A stretch of DNA of 64,000 nt from assembly GCA_029879645.1 (NCBI GenBank), contig JAOUPX010000001.1, forward strand, positions 4,417-68,416, in the 5' to 3' direction. Position numbers and translations under genes: made by a program. Under the pieces are notes generated by a model that saw only the letters and a list, made by a program, of their open reading frames with translations, did no database searches and was not told where the DNA came from. Source of the DNA: Nitrospinota bacterium (GTDB taxonomy: Bacteria > Nitrospinota > Nitrospinia > Nitrospinales > Nitrospinaceae). This document shows positions 1-8,794 of the stretch, piece by piece. Within the stretch, counting starts at the first letter, position 1. Each line of letters begins with the position of its first letter.

Positions 1-1
1 A

Positions 2-532
2 GGCTTTGAAGTCACCACCATGGAGGACGCTGTGACTCAAGGCGATATTTTCGTTACCACCACTGGCTGTGAAGACATCATTCGTATCGACCACATGGAG
101 AAAATGAAGGACACGGCCATCGTGAGCAACATCGGCCACTTTGACTGCGAAATTCAGGTCGATGAGCTGAATAAATTCCCAGGAATCAAGAAAGAAGAAA
201 TTAAACCGCAGGTCGACAAATACACCTTCCCCGATGGACATTGTATTATTCTGTTGGCGGAAGGCCGATTGGTAAACCTCGGTTGCGCCACCGGGCATCC
301 ATCCTTCGTCATGTCCAACTCATTCACCAATCAGGTGTTGGCGCAAATCGAACTATTCACCAAAAAGTATGAGCTGGGGGTTTATGTCCTGCCCAAGAAA
401 CTGGACGAGGAAGTAGCTCGACTGCATCTCGAAAAGCTGGGGGTTAAATTGACCAAGCTGACCGAAAAACAGGCCAAGTACCTGAATATCCCGGTGGAAG
501 GACCCTACAAGCCGGAGCATTACCGTTACTAG
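2..532 (+). CDS. ahcY: Adenosylhomocysteinase (S-adenosyl-L-homocysteine hydrolase), C-terminal part; the 5' end lies outside the window
   Basis: The frame is open from base 2. The translation [58 protein letters not shown] matches the conserved NAD domain and C-terminal tail of AhcY. Confidence 0.95.
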   Translation, partial: GFEVTTMEDAVTQGDIFVTTTGCEDIIRIDHMEKMKDTAIVSNIGHFDCEIQVDELNKFPGIKKEEIKPQVDKYTFPDGHCIILLAEGRLVNLGCATGHPSFVMSNSFTNQVLAQIELFTKKYELGVYVLPKKLDEEVARLHLEKLGVKLTKLTEKQAKYLNIPVEGPYKPEHYRY

Positions 533-544
533 CTTCAAAAAAAA

Positions 545-580
545 CAAAAACGGCGTTCCTCAGGGAGCGCCGTTTTTTTT
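545..580. terminator. Bidirectional rho-independent terminator between the convergent ahcY and Trx-fold genes
   Basis: A 9-bp stem (551-559 / 564-572, one G-U pair) with loop TCAG is followed by T8 (573-580) and preceded by an A-run. Confidence 0.85.
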
Positions 581-587
581 ATAACCG

Positions 588-890
588 CTACTCCGCCTCC
601 TGCAGTGCTTTGCATAGCATTGCCTCGGAAGGAACCCCCGTCCAAGTATCCTGGTAAATCCTGCACTTCAAACCATACTCAGATGCTTTCTCACGGCCTT
701 CGATATCCTTGCCGTTAATGCGAATGGAGGGAGAGCCCAGAAATCGGTGCTGAATCGCTAATTCCGGCGTAGTGATTTCAATTTTCTCGATGGATGCGGC
801 GGTATAGCTGTCCGATAAGATTTGTTCGAGGAGAGCCAACGCGGATTCGTGCCCTGGACAATCTTTAAAATATAAAAATTCAATTTTCAT
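588..890 (-). CDS. Small thioredoxin-fold protein (single-Cys FKDCPGH motif), last gene of the exporter/thiolase/hydrolase operon
   Basis: 100 aa. The blocks FKDCPGH, FLGSPSIRINGKDI and YGLKCRIY are typical of small Trx-like proteins that are often mislabelled alkylmercury lyase. It starts 3 nt after the upstream hydrolase stop. Confidence 0.6.
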   Translation of the reverse strand: MKIEFLYFKDCPGHESALALLEQILSDSYTAASIEKIEITTPELAIQHRFLGSPSIRINGKDIEGREKASEYGLKCRIYQDTWTGVPSEAMLCKALQEAE

Positions 891-893
891 CCT

Positions 894-1811
894 TCATATC
901 CTCAAAGGATGCTTCTTCAAAAATTGAATTACCCAGGGGATGATTTGCTCATCCGCGTCTTCAACCACGTAATGGCCCGCCTCTGCCACCTCATGCACTT
1001 CCGCCTCTGGAAAATATTTTTTCCACCGGTCCAGGAAGTACTCGTTAAAACAGAAATCCTGCATACCCCATATGATCAGCACCGGACGGTCTCTGAAATA
1101 CCCTAATTGCGATTCAATATGCTCCACAACCGGATAACTGGGGGTATCCGGAGACAGGGGAATATCCTGAACAAATCGAAGATTAGCGATTCGGTTTTCA
1201 GGAGAATTATAGGGAGCGAGGTAGCCTTTGCGAATCCTCCCTCTCAGTCGCCCCGGCTGCTTGCTGGCCCACGAAACGGCTGCCCGCGCAAACAGGTTGA
1301 ATTTCAAAATCGCCAATGGACCAATGAACGAATTTCGGCACAGGTTAATGCTGAAAGGAATACGATCCGCGAGGAAGGCCGCTGTGTTAAAAAAAACGAT
1401 TCTCTTGATTTTTTCAGGATGACGAACCGCAAATCCCATGCCAATGGATCCACCCCAATCATGCATAATCAGGGTGATGTTATCGAGGTTCAGATGATCG
1501 ACCAATAACTCCAGGTTATCAATGTGCTGGGAAAGTGTGTAGTTGTAATCCTGCGGTTTATCCGATAATCCGCATCCCATATGATCAGGAACCACACAAC
1601 GGAACTGACTGCGCATGCCTTTGATGAGATTACGGTAATAAAATGACCAGGTGGGATTGCCGTGGAGCATGAGGAGGGTTTCACCCTGCCCTTCGTCAAG
1701 GTAATGCAGGCGATGAGAGCCCGTTTCGATAAAGCGCGATTGGAAAGGATAAAGATCACGAAACGGTTCCAGCGAAATCTCGCTCACCCTTCCAAACCCA
1801 TCATCAGGCAA
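894..1811 (-). CDS. Alpha/beta-fold hydrolase of the haloalkane-dehalogenase/OleB-like subfamily
   Basis: LHYLDEG, LMLHGNPTWSFYYRNLI, an Asp-type nucleophile elbow HDWGG and the C-terminal AGHYVVED. An alternative GTG start at 1787 forms a GTGA overlap with the thiolase stop and may be the true start. Confidence 0.85.
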   Translation of the reverse strand: MPDDGFGRVSEISLEPFRDLYPFQSRFIETGSHRLHYLDEGQGETLLMLHGNPTWSFYYRNLIKGMRSQFRCVVPDHMGCGLSDKPQDYNYTLSQHIDNLELLVDHLNLDNITLIMHDWGGSIGMGFAVRHPEKIKRIVFFNTAAFLADRIPFSINLCRNSFIGPLAILKFNLFARAAVSWASKQPGRLRGRIRKGYLAPYNSPENRIANLRFVQDIPLSPDTPSYPVVEHIESQLGYFRDRPVLIIWGMQDFCFNEYFLDRWKKYFPEAEVHEVAEAGHYVVEDADEQIIPWVIQFLKKHPLRI

Positions 1812-2836
1812 TTGAGTCCACTGCCGATTCCCAATAAGGCAACAGAATCGCCTTTTTGAACCACCCCTTGCTCTTCTCCCATTGCGAGGGTCACGGGCAA
1901 CGCAGCGGAACCTGTATTACCAAGATATTCCAAAGTGGAAAAATCCTTTTGCAAATCCAGTTCCAGAGTTTCATAAAGTAATTTGCGGTGGATATGTCCC
2001 ACTTGATGACAAAACACTTTATCGACATCCTCATTGGACCAGCCAAACTCCGATTTGGTAGTATCCCAGGTGTCTTTAGCCAACTGACAGCCTTCCTTCA
2101 TCAAAGTTTCAGAGTCCGTTTCCATGAGCGGGGAGGAATCGCCCCCCATTCCCATATCCTCATTGCCCTGACACAATTCATTAAAACGCGTTTCCGCCCT
2201 TCCCACGGCACCGATCAAACGATGCCCCTGGCTTGAAAGGTCTTTATGAACCAATAAAACTGCCACCGCCGCAGAACCGATAGTCATCGAGGCAAATGCA
2301 GTTTTGATTTTGGCACGCGTGGGATTGGGGTCTGCCAGCAATGTTTCTATGGTGGTCTCCACCAGCGGACCGCCGTTTTCTCCAGATACGATCAAGCCAG
2401 CTTTAATCTGTCCCATTTCAATCATGTTTGCCACCATTACCATGCCGTTCAGCACTCCCAAACAGGCATTGGAGATATCAAACACGTGAGAATTTCTGGG
2501 TAATTTCAGGTTATGGTGAATGACGGACGCCGTAGCCGGCTCAAGAAAATCGCGGCAAACGGAACCGGAGATCAGGCAACCAATATGCTTACGGTCAATT
2601 TTCGTTTTGCTCAGGGCGTGCTCCCCGGCAAGGGAACTCACCTGACTGGGGAAAACGCCCTTATCAAAAAACCGGCGTTCCCGGATACCGCTCATCATTT
2701 CAAGGCGCCCGAAGGGAAGTTTTAGCTTTTCATACAGGGGAGCGAGGCGGTGCTCAATATCCTCCGAAGTCACCACATTTTCCGGCAAAAAATACCCCAA
2801 TGACTCCATGTAGACATTTTTAAAACGCATATTCAA
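1784..2836 (-). CDS. KAS III-fold condensing enzyme (FabH/OleA-type thiolase)
   Basis: 350 aa. Cys in FDISNACLG, His in CHQVGH and Asn in LGNTGSAALP, plus RDFLEPATAS and the C-terminal LLGIGSGLNC. Confidence 0.85.
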   Translation of the reverse strand: MNMRFKNVYMESLGYFLPENVVTSEDIEHRLAPLYEKLKLPFGRLEMMSGIRERRFFDKGVFPSQVSSLAGEHALSKTKIDRKHIGCLISGSVCRDFLEPATASVIHHNLKLPRNSHVFDISNACLGVLNGMVMVANMIEMGQIKAGLIVSGENGGPLVETTIETLLADPNPTRAKIKTAFASMTIGSAAVAVLLVHKDLSSQGHRLIGAVGRAETRFNELCQGNEDMGMGGDSSPLMETDSETLMKEGCQLAKDTWDTTKSEFGWSNEDVDKVFCHQVGHIHRKLLYETLELDLQKDFSTLEYLGNTGSAALPVTLAMGEEQGVVQKGDSVALLGIGSGLNCLMMGLEG

Positions 2837-2857
2837 TACAATTCAGATCAGGCAAAC

Positions 2858-4585
2858 TTAACCCATTACCTGCATTTCATAATATTTCTGGTATTGGGCG
2901 CAGTCGGTCATTAATTCTTCGTGAGTTCCGGAGCCGATAATTTCACCGTGCTCCATGACAATAATGCGATCTGCACTTTTAATTGTGGACAACCGGTGGG
3001 CGATAACGAATGTTGTACGGTGCTCCATGAGCCGGTGCAGAGCATCTTGAACCAGTTTTTCGGATTCTGAGTCCAGGGCTGATGTTGCTTCATCAAGAAC
3101 CAGAATCGGAGCATTCCTCAAAATAGCACGGGCTATAGCGATTCTTTGGCGCTGTCCTCCTGAAAGCATTACTCCCCGTTCCCCGATAACAGTATCGTAA
3201 CCATCGTCCAAGCGTTGAATAAATATATCTACATGCGCCGCATGTGCAGCGGCAATGATTTCCTCGCGCGTTGCAGATGGGTTGCCAAATTGAATATTCG
3301 CCAGTATGGTATCGTTAAATAAAAAAGTTTCCTGCGTAACCAAGGCAATATTGCTTCTCAGTGAATGACTGTTTAAATCATTAATATTCGTGCCATCAAT
3401 CAGAATTTCTCCATCCGTAACTATAAAAAACTTGAACAGCAGGTCTGCCAGAGTGGTTTTCCCTGCACCGCTCATCCCCACAATAGCAAGCACTTCAGAT
3501 TTTTTTATCGTCAGATTAATATTCTTCAAAACCATGGTATCTCGGGACGGATACTTAAACGAAACATTTTTGTATTCGATCTGATGATTAAAACCGGTCA
3601 TACTCATTTTACCATCCCGCATTTTTTCCGGTTCTTCATCCAGAATGGAATAAACACGCTCGGAGGCGGCAATGGCGGTTTGTACATCAGTGTAGGTTTT
3701 GAATAATATTCGCATGGGGTCGTACATCATAAACATGCCCAGAATAAAGGCGAAAAATGTTCCCTGGCTCACTTCTCCGCTTAAAACCTGGGAACCACCA
3801 TACCAGAGAACCACCGACCCTCCCAACACACCAAGAACCTCCATAAGAGGTGATGTTAACTCGGTGTATTTTACATTTTTTCTCATATTCTCGAGAAAGG
3901 CTTGATTATGATTATCAAGTTTTTTCTGTTCGATCTTTTCCAGTCCGAAGGCTCGGACAATTTTAACGCCGGAAAATGACTCCAACATGGTGGAATTGAT
4001 GTCGGCAATAATTTCCTGCCCTCTCCTGCCCAAATGCCGCAATTTCTTCCCTACCGTAGAAACCGGAATCAATGCAAAAGGAATCACAAATATAGCAATC
4101 AATGCCCAGTCCCATTTAAGGTAAAAAACCCAGAAAACCAAGCCTGCAAACATAACTCCGCTCTGCAGAGCATCTTTAACCTGGCGCGCCAGGGTCAATA
4201 GCATGGCATTCACATCATTGACCACCCGGGACATCAATTTCCCAGTGGTATCTTTTTCAAAAAAACCATAGGGAAGTTTATGGATATGCATAAAGAGGTC
4301 CATTCGAATCTTCGCTACCAACTCCCATCCGATCCTGAAAATAAGACAACTCTGAAAATACCTTAATCCTCCTTTTAGGCAATACAGCCCTATAAGAAGC
4401 AGAGGAATCATCTTAAGCATAAAGGTATCTTTTTCGACAAAAATTTTATCGAGAGATTCTTTAACCAGAGGGACGGGGGACGTGGAAAGCGCGCCTACAA
4501 TTACCGAAGTAAATAATATAAGGAGGACTTTCCCTTTGTAGGGGATCAGGTTGCGAATCAGACGTTTATACAGTAGCAGGTCCAT
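2858..4585 (-). CDS. ABC exporter, fused permease/ATPase half-transporter (MsbA/lipid-exporter-like)
   Basis: 575 aa. An N-terminal 6-TM region is followed by Walker A GMSGAGKTT, signature LSGGQRQRIAIARA and Walker B ILVLDEATSALD. There is a 21-nt gap to the thiolase gene. Confidence 0.9.
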   Translation of the reverse strand: MDLLLYKRLIRNLIPYKGKVLLILFTSVIVGALSTSPVPLVKESLDKIFVEKDTFMLKMIPLLLIGLYCLKGGLRYFQSCLIFRIGWELVAKIRMDLFMHIHKLPYGFFEKDTTGKLMSRVVNDVNAMLLTLARQVKDALQSGVMFAGLVFWVFYLKWDWALIAIFVIPFALIPVSTVGKKLRHLGRRGQEIIADINSTMLESFSGVKIVRAFGLEKIEQKKLDNHNQAFLENMRKNVKYTELTSPLMEVLGVLGGSVVLWYGGSQVLSGEVSQGTFFAFILGMFMMYDPMRILFKTYTDVQTAIAASERVYSILDEEPEKMRDGKMSMTGFNHQIEYKNVSFKYPSRDTMVLKNINLTIKKSEVLAIVGMSGAGKTTLADLLFKFFIVTDGEILIDGTNINDLNSHSLRSNIALVTQETFLFNDTILANIQFGNPSATREEIIAAAHAAHVDIFIQRLDDGYDTVIGERGVMLSGGQRQRIAIARAILRNAPILVLDEATSALDSESEKLVQDALHRLMEHRTTFVIAHRLSTIKSADRIIVMEHGEIIGSGTHEELMTDCAQYQKYYEMQVMG

Positions 4586-4636
4586 TTAAATATTATAAGC
4601 CGTTAGGAGATTTTTTAGGAAGGCGAAATATAACAG

Positions 4637-4678
4637 AAAAAACCCCTGTCCGTAACAACCGGGAGAACGGATCAGGGG
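4637..4678 (-). terminator. Rho-independent terminator downstream of the USP/PCP_red gene
   Basis: The arms CCCCTGTCCGT (4643-4653) and ACGGATCAGGGG (4667-4678) pair. On the minus strand the hairpin is followed by T6 (complement of the A-run at 4637-4642). Confidence 0.65.
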
Positions 4679-4757
4679 TTTAATCTAAGATTTGGTTAAT
4701 ACGGACACCTTTAGGAAGCTCCGAAAGAGTACGTATGTCAATCAATTTTCGAATCGT

Positions 4758-6791
4758 TTACTTCTGGGGAAGGAAATCCTCAAGAGTTGCCCCATTTTTA
4801 ACGAGTTCGTTCATGACTTTAACAGATTCTTCAATCCCTTTCTCACAGAATTCCAGACTGATGTTACTGGTGTTCTGAGAATGGGCGTAATCCAATACCC
4901 TTTCCATAGTATTGTCTCTCATGAATCCCTTGGGAACTTTTTCGATTCGGCCAATCGCATCATCGGACCAGAAAAATTTGGAAGGATCAATCTCAATGCC
5001 CTTACTGAAGTTTTTACCTTCGAATTTGGCCAGTTCCCCGTATGCTTTAAAACCCTCTGCAGGGCTTACCGCGACTTTAAGCCCGTTACCGTTACCGTTG
5101 GCCTGTTTGCCTTCTACCGGCTTGTCGTTCAGCAGTTCTTTGGCAAAAGCCACCGAAATGGTGGAAACTTTCTGAACCCGGGCATTTTTCTCGATTCGTG
5201 CATGGGCTCTCCGTCGAATATGGCCTTCAGGAAACTCATTCAGATAATCCAAGGCATCCTGTGTCCACGTAACCTGTACGGAGTCGAAGGTGGTCACTGT
5301 AGTGGAAACACTCTGCTCCTGACTCCCAGCTTTAAATCCGGACTTATCCAGCGGGAACAGACTCTCGGCACCGGCTCCACACACGCCGCACTTCACGACA
5401 TCCTCAGGAACAAAAGTACCGCACTCTTTACATTTGAGCGTATTCTGATCCTGAACCTTAGCCACCTCTTCAGCGAATTTCTTTTCCATCGCACGGCCCC
5501 GGTCCTCAATCATGCCTTCCAGGGGATCTTCGCCTCGCGCCACTTTCTCCCGCATCTGATCGCCAATGCCGTACATAGCCTGCATGGCACCGGCAGGAAG
5601 AATTTTTTCACAAGCCTCGGTAATAACACCGGAAGTGATCATACTGTGGCCTCGCTCCAGGGCATAACGAAGAATCGCAGATGTGGCCATGGGACGGACA
5701 AATCCGGGAATCTTTTTCAATCGTTCTTTTGCTTCAGCGGTCCAGTCGATGCTTTCTTCCGCAATCATATCGATCTTCGGCTTGTAGACCCGGCTGGACA
5801 GGTAGACGTTACACGGTACCATGCGAAGCAGGTTTTCTGTATTACCGCCGATATCCATATCCGGAGCGCTGTGAACCCCGATACGCCCGAGAATCAGCAT
5901 ATAGGGGTTTTCCTCACGAGCGTATTGCAGAATTTTCTCGAATACCTTGCCGTCCAGCAGACGAATGGTGCACTCCATTCCCTCTTCTTCGACAATTTTC
6001 CTGGAGACTTCCAGGTGAGACTGGTAAATCTTGGCAAGACCTTTGTCGATAATGTCTTCGTGCAGTTTTTCCTGCTGTTCAAACTTAAATACCTTGGCGG
6101 CATCTTTGGAAAGAACACCCGTCAAACTATTAAACATGGCGTAATGAAAATAAGGGTCGAACGTGGAAATCACTTCCAATGGTTTATTCAGAGCTTTGGC
6201 CATATCTATAGCGGTTTTCAATCCACCGTAGGAGTAACCGCTTCCATCGACCGCAACCACAATTTTGTCACTGGTGGATTTCTGTTCGTGAATGGCTGGA
6301 ACATGTTTGACGATCAAAGTGTCGGTTTCAATCCGGCGGATCACCCGCTCGGTCACTGTTCCAATCTGACTGTCCTTGATGGCTCCCAGACCGAGCGCCC
6401 CCATAATTACCAGATCATATTTCGATTCCTTAATATCCCGAACCAATTCGATCCAATTCCTTCCTTCCAGGGATTTCCCCACAAAAGGAATGTTATTGGC
6501 CTTACATTTGTATTTCGGCACATCCAGATAGGAATCCGTAATAACCTCCATACCCTTGGTGATTAGCTGGTCGTGGATTGCCCTCTGTTTTTCAAGCTCC
6601 TGCTCGTCCTGGTATTCCTCCGGCAGGCCACTTTCCATTTGACGGAAGCGAACGTCATGCATTTTAGCCGCATAAACATGACTGGCAGAAACAATAGTGC
6701 CTTCCGATCCCTTGGCAAATTCTAAAGCCAAATCCACGCAGGCATTCGAATAGTCGGAATTATCGACTGGTATGTAAATATTTTTAAACAT
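4758..6791 (-). CDS. Multidomain protein: two universal-stress-protein (USP) domains, three PCP_red-like repeats and a CxxC..CxxC zinc ribbon
   Basis: 677 aa. The N-terminus MFKNIYIPVDNSDYS..LVIMGALG and a second IVVAVDGSGYS..MLILGRIG are USP signatures. There are three copies of the W..(E/D)A...L..(I/F)P.F(V/I/M)R pattern (DWTAEAKERLKKIPGFVRPMA, TWTQDALDYLNEFPEGHIRRRA, FWSDDAIGRIEKVPKGFMRDNT) and the ribbon CKECGTFVPEDVVKCGVCG. Confidence 0.75.
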   Translation of the reverse strand: MFKNIYIPVDNSDYSNACVDLALEFAKGSEGTIVSASHVYAAKMHDVRFRQMESGLPEEYQDEQELEKQRAIHDQLITKGMEVITDSYLDVPKYKCKANNIPFVGKSLEGRNWIELVRDIKESKYDLVIMGALGLGAIKDSQIGTVTERVIRRIETDTLIVKHVPAIHEQKSTSDKIVVAVDGSGYSYGGLKTAIDMAKALNKPLEVISTFDPYFHYAMFNSLTGVLSKDAAKVFKFEQQEKLHEDIIDKGLAKIYQSHLEVSRKIVEEEGMECTIRLLDGKVFEKILQYAREENPYMLILGRIGVHSAPDMDIGGNTENLLRMVPCNVYLSSRVYKPKIDMIAEESIDWTAEAKERLKKIPGFVRPMATSAILRYALERGHSMITSGVITEACEKILPAGAMQAMYGIGDQMREKVARGEDPLEGMIEDRGRAMEKKFAEEVAKVQDQNTLKCKECGTFVPEDVVKCGVCGAGAESLFPLDKSGFKAGSQEQSVSTTVTTFDSVQVTWTQDALDYLNEFPEGHIRRRAHARIEKNARVQKVSTISVAFAKELLNDKPVEGKQANGNGNGLKVAVSPAEGFKAYGELAKFEGKNFSKGIEIDPSKFFWSDDAIGRIEKVPKGFMRDNTMERVLDYAHSQNTSNISLEFCEKGIEESVKVMNELVKNGATLEDFLPQK

Positions 6792-7314
6792 TGGGTTAAT
6801 CTCTCCCTTATCTATAAACTCAATTGGAATAATTTATCAGGTAAAATTCAGGTCCACTCTGCCCTGCTGGAAAGAAGCTTACGCCCTAAAAAACCAACAG
6901 TGTCAATTGCTTGCGAATTTTAGCAAAAATATGGGGGGTGTCAATATAAAAGCCTTTCCCATCAAGGGCCTGGCATTGCTCCAGCTCCTTATCTGAATCC
7001 CGCATGAAGACTTCCTAGATAGAAATCGGATAACGGGTTTAAAAAACATCTGATATTAAAATTTTACAGATACCAAACAGAAATCATTTCCGCTCATTTT
7101 TTACATCTTCAAGGTCCGGTTTGGTATATAATTACGATTCATTAGGCCGTATTATACAACGTATCATGAATGATTAATACCATTCGAAATACCAACTTCT
7201 AATAAACCTGACCCATAAACCGCATTAAAATAGAATGGCTAATCGGCTGACCAAGCCGGGTGATTATTTATCCCATTGAATTTTAAGGCTTTTCCCCGAC
7301 AAAGGAGAATTTCG

Positions 7315-8712
7315 ATGCTATTTTCCGATAAAGACGATCTGATTCAACATCTTAAGGGCTGTATCGCTCTGGCCAACGGATCGGCTCATTTGGAAAATGA
7401 AGATAAATTACTTGGCTCACCGCTGGACATCTTGGTCCTCAACTCGGTTTTAAATCCGAATAGCGAACTACGAGGTAATTGCCGCCACATAATCAAATCT
7501 GTAGCGCTCGAACTCGGTATCATCCCAGCCTCCATACAAAGTTTATATGAAGCGAGAGGCCGTGGGGAAAACAAGGGATACACGGTACCAGCTCTCAATA
7601 TCAGGGGACTGCCCTACGAGATGTCCCGTGCCATATTCCGGACGGCAAAAGATACTGACTGTGGGGCTTTTATTTTTGAAATCGCCAAATCGGAAATCGG
7701 TTATACACTCCAGAGGCCTCATGAATTAATGGCTGTCATTCTTGGGGCGGGAATCAAAGAGCGCTTTCGCGGCCCGGTATTCGTTCAGGGCGACCATTTT
7801 CAGATCAATCCGGAAAAGTTCCACAAGGATGCCGCGAAAGAGGTCAATGGACTTAAAACCCTTATCAATGAAGCCATCAGCGCAGGCTTTTATAACATCG
7901 ATATTGATACCTCAACTCTGGTCACCCTGGAACCGAAAGACGTCAAGGAACAACAAAAATTAAATTACGAAGTGGGCGCCGAACTGACCTCTTATGTTCG
8001 CGAAATAGAGCCGGAGGGAATAACCGTTTCGGTTGGCGGGGAAATCGGAGAAGTCGGTAAGGAAAACAGCAACGAGGCTGAACTCCGTGCTTATATGGAT
8101 AATTTCAACGAGCAACTGGCCAAAGCCAATCCAAAGTACAAGGGAATCAGTAAAATTTCCATCCAGACCGGGACCAGCCATGGTGGGGTACCTCTACCGG
8201 ATGGGACCGTAGCTGAGGTACAACTCGATTTCGAGACCTTGGAGAATCTTTCCCGCATCTCACGGGAACATTACCATCTGGCGGGCGCTGTCCAGCATGG
8301 GGCATCCACTCTTCCTGCCGAGCTTTTTCACAAGTTCCCGGAACTGGAAACGGCCGAAATTCATCTGGCAACAGATTTCCAGAATATGATCTATGATAGT
8401 TCTCATTTCCCATCGGACTTTAAAAAAGAAATATATGACCACCTGCGCCAAACATTTGCCGACGAGAAAAAACCCGGAATGACGGACGAACAGTTCATCT
8501 ACAAAACCCGGAAAAAAGGATTCGGGCCGTTTCGATCCCAGTTCTGGAACCTGTCGAATGAAATCAAAGCTGAAATCAGCAGGGAGCTCGAAGGTAAATT
8601 TCATTTTCTGTTCGATAAATTGAATGCTCAAAAAACTGTCCAATATATCAAACAGACGGAAGCCCCGCGCCCAGTCTCTTCAAACCTTGAAACCGAAATC
8701 AATTTCGCCTGA
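7315..8712 (+). CDS. Class II (metal-dependent) fructose/ketose-bisphosphate aldolase family protein, long form
   Basis: GYTVPALNIRG, VFVQGDHFQ, FYNIDIDTS, GGEIGEVG, IQTGTSHGG and AVQHGASTLP. The ATG at 7315 is preceded by AAAGGAGA, so I prefer it over the TTG at 7276 in the ORF track. Confidence 0.85.
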   Translation: MLFSDKDDLIQHLKGCIALANGSAHLENEDKLLGSPLDILVLNSVLNPNSELRGNCRHIIKSVALELGIIPASIQSLYEARGRGENKGYTVPALNIRGLPYEMSRAIFRTAKDTDCGAFIFEIAKSEIGYTLQRPHELMAVILGAGIKERFRGPVFVQGDHFQINPEKFHKDAAKEVNGLKTLINEAISAGFYNIDIDTSTLVTLEPKDVKEQQKLNYEVGAELTSYVREIEPEGITVSVGGEIGEVGKENSNEAELRAYMDNFNEQLAKANPKYKGISKISIQTGTSHGGVPLPDGTVAEVQLDFETLENLSRISREHYHLAGAVQHGASTLPAELFHKFPELETAEIHLATDFQNMIYDSSHFPSDFKKEIYDHLRQTFADEKKPGMTDEQFIYKTRKKGFGPFRSQFWNLSNEIKAEISRELEGKFHFLFDKLNAQKTVQYIKQTEAPRPVSSNLETEINFA

Positions 8713-8725
8713 AATCCAATAAAAT

Positions 8726-8749
8726 ACCCCTCCGCTGTCGAAGAGGGGT
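8726..8749. terminator. Hairpin between the convergent aldolase and ABC1-kinase genes
   Basis: A 7-bp stem ACCCCTC / GAGGGGT with a 10-nt loop. A T-rich tract follows only on the minus strand. Confidence 0.45.
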
Positions 8750-8794
8750 CTAAAAATACATTTTTAATTCGTAATCCGGATTACTGAATGATTT

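Noticed and set aside
4692-6566. A 624-codon ORF on the plus strand.
   Set aside because: It is exactly codon-aligned antisense to the 677-aa USP/PCP_red gene. Its stops would correspond to sense TTA, CTA and TCA codons, which that gene avoids. The translation is low-complexity and rich in F, L, G, N and H, with no motifs. It is a shadow ORF, and I used it only as evidence of codon bias in the real gene.
6971-6986. A sigma-54 promoter candidate, TGGCATTGCTCCAGC.
   Set aside because: A GG is present, but the GC of the -12 element is not at the required 10-bp spacing (CA sits at that position). Other TGGCAC strings (2314, 5606, 29136, 29327, 63533) lie inside coding regions and lack a TTGC -12 element.
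7276-7314. The TTG start given by the ORF track for the aldolase gene.
   Set aside because: The ATG at 7315 is preceded by AAAGGAGA at ideal spacing. The 13 extra codons (MNFKAFPRQRRIS) overlap that ribosome-binding site.
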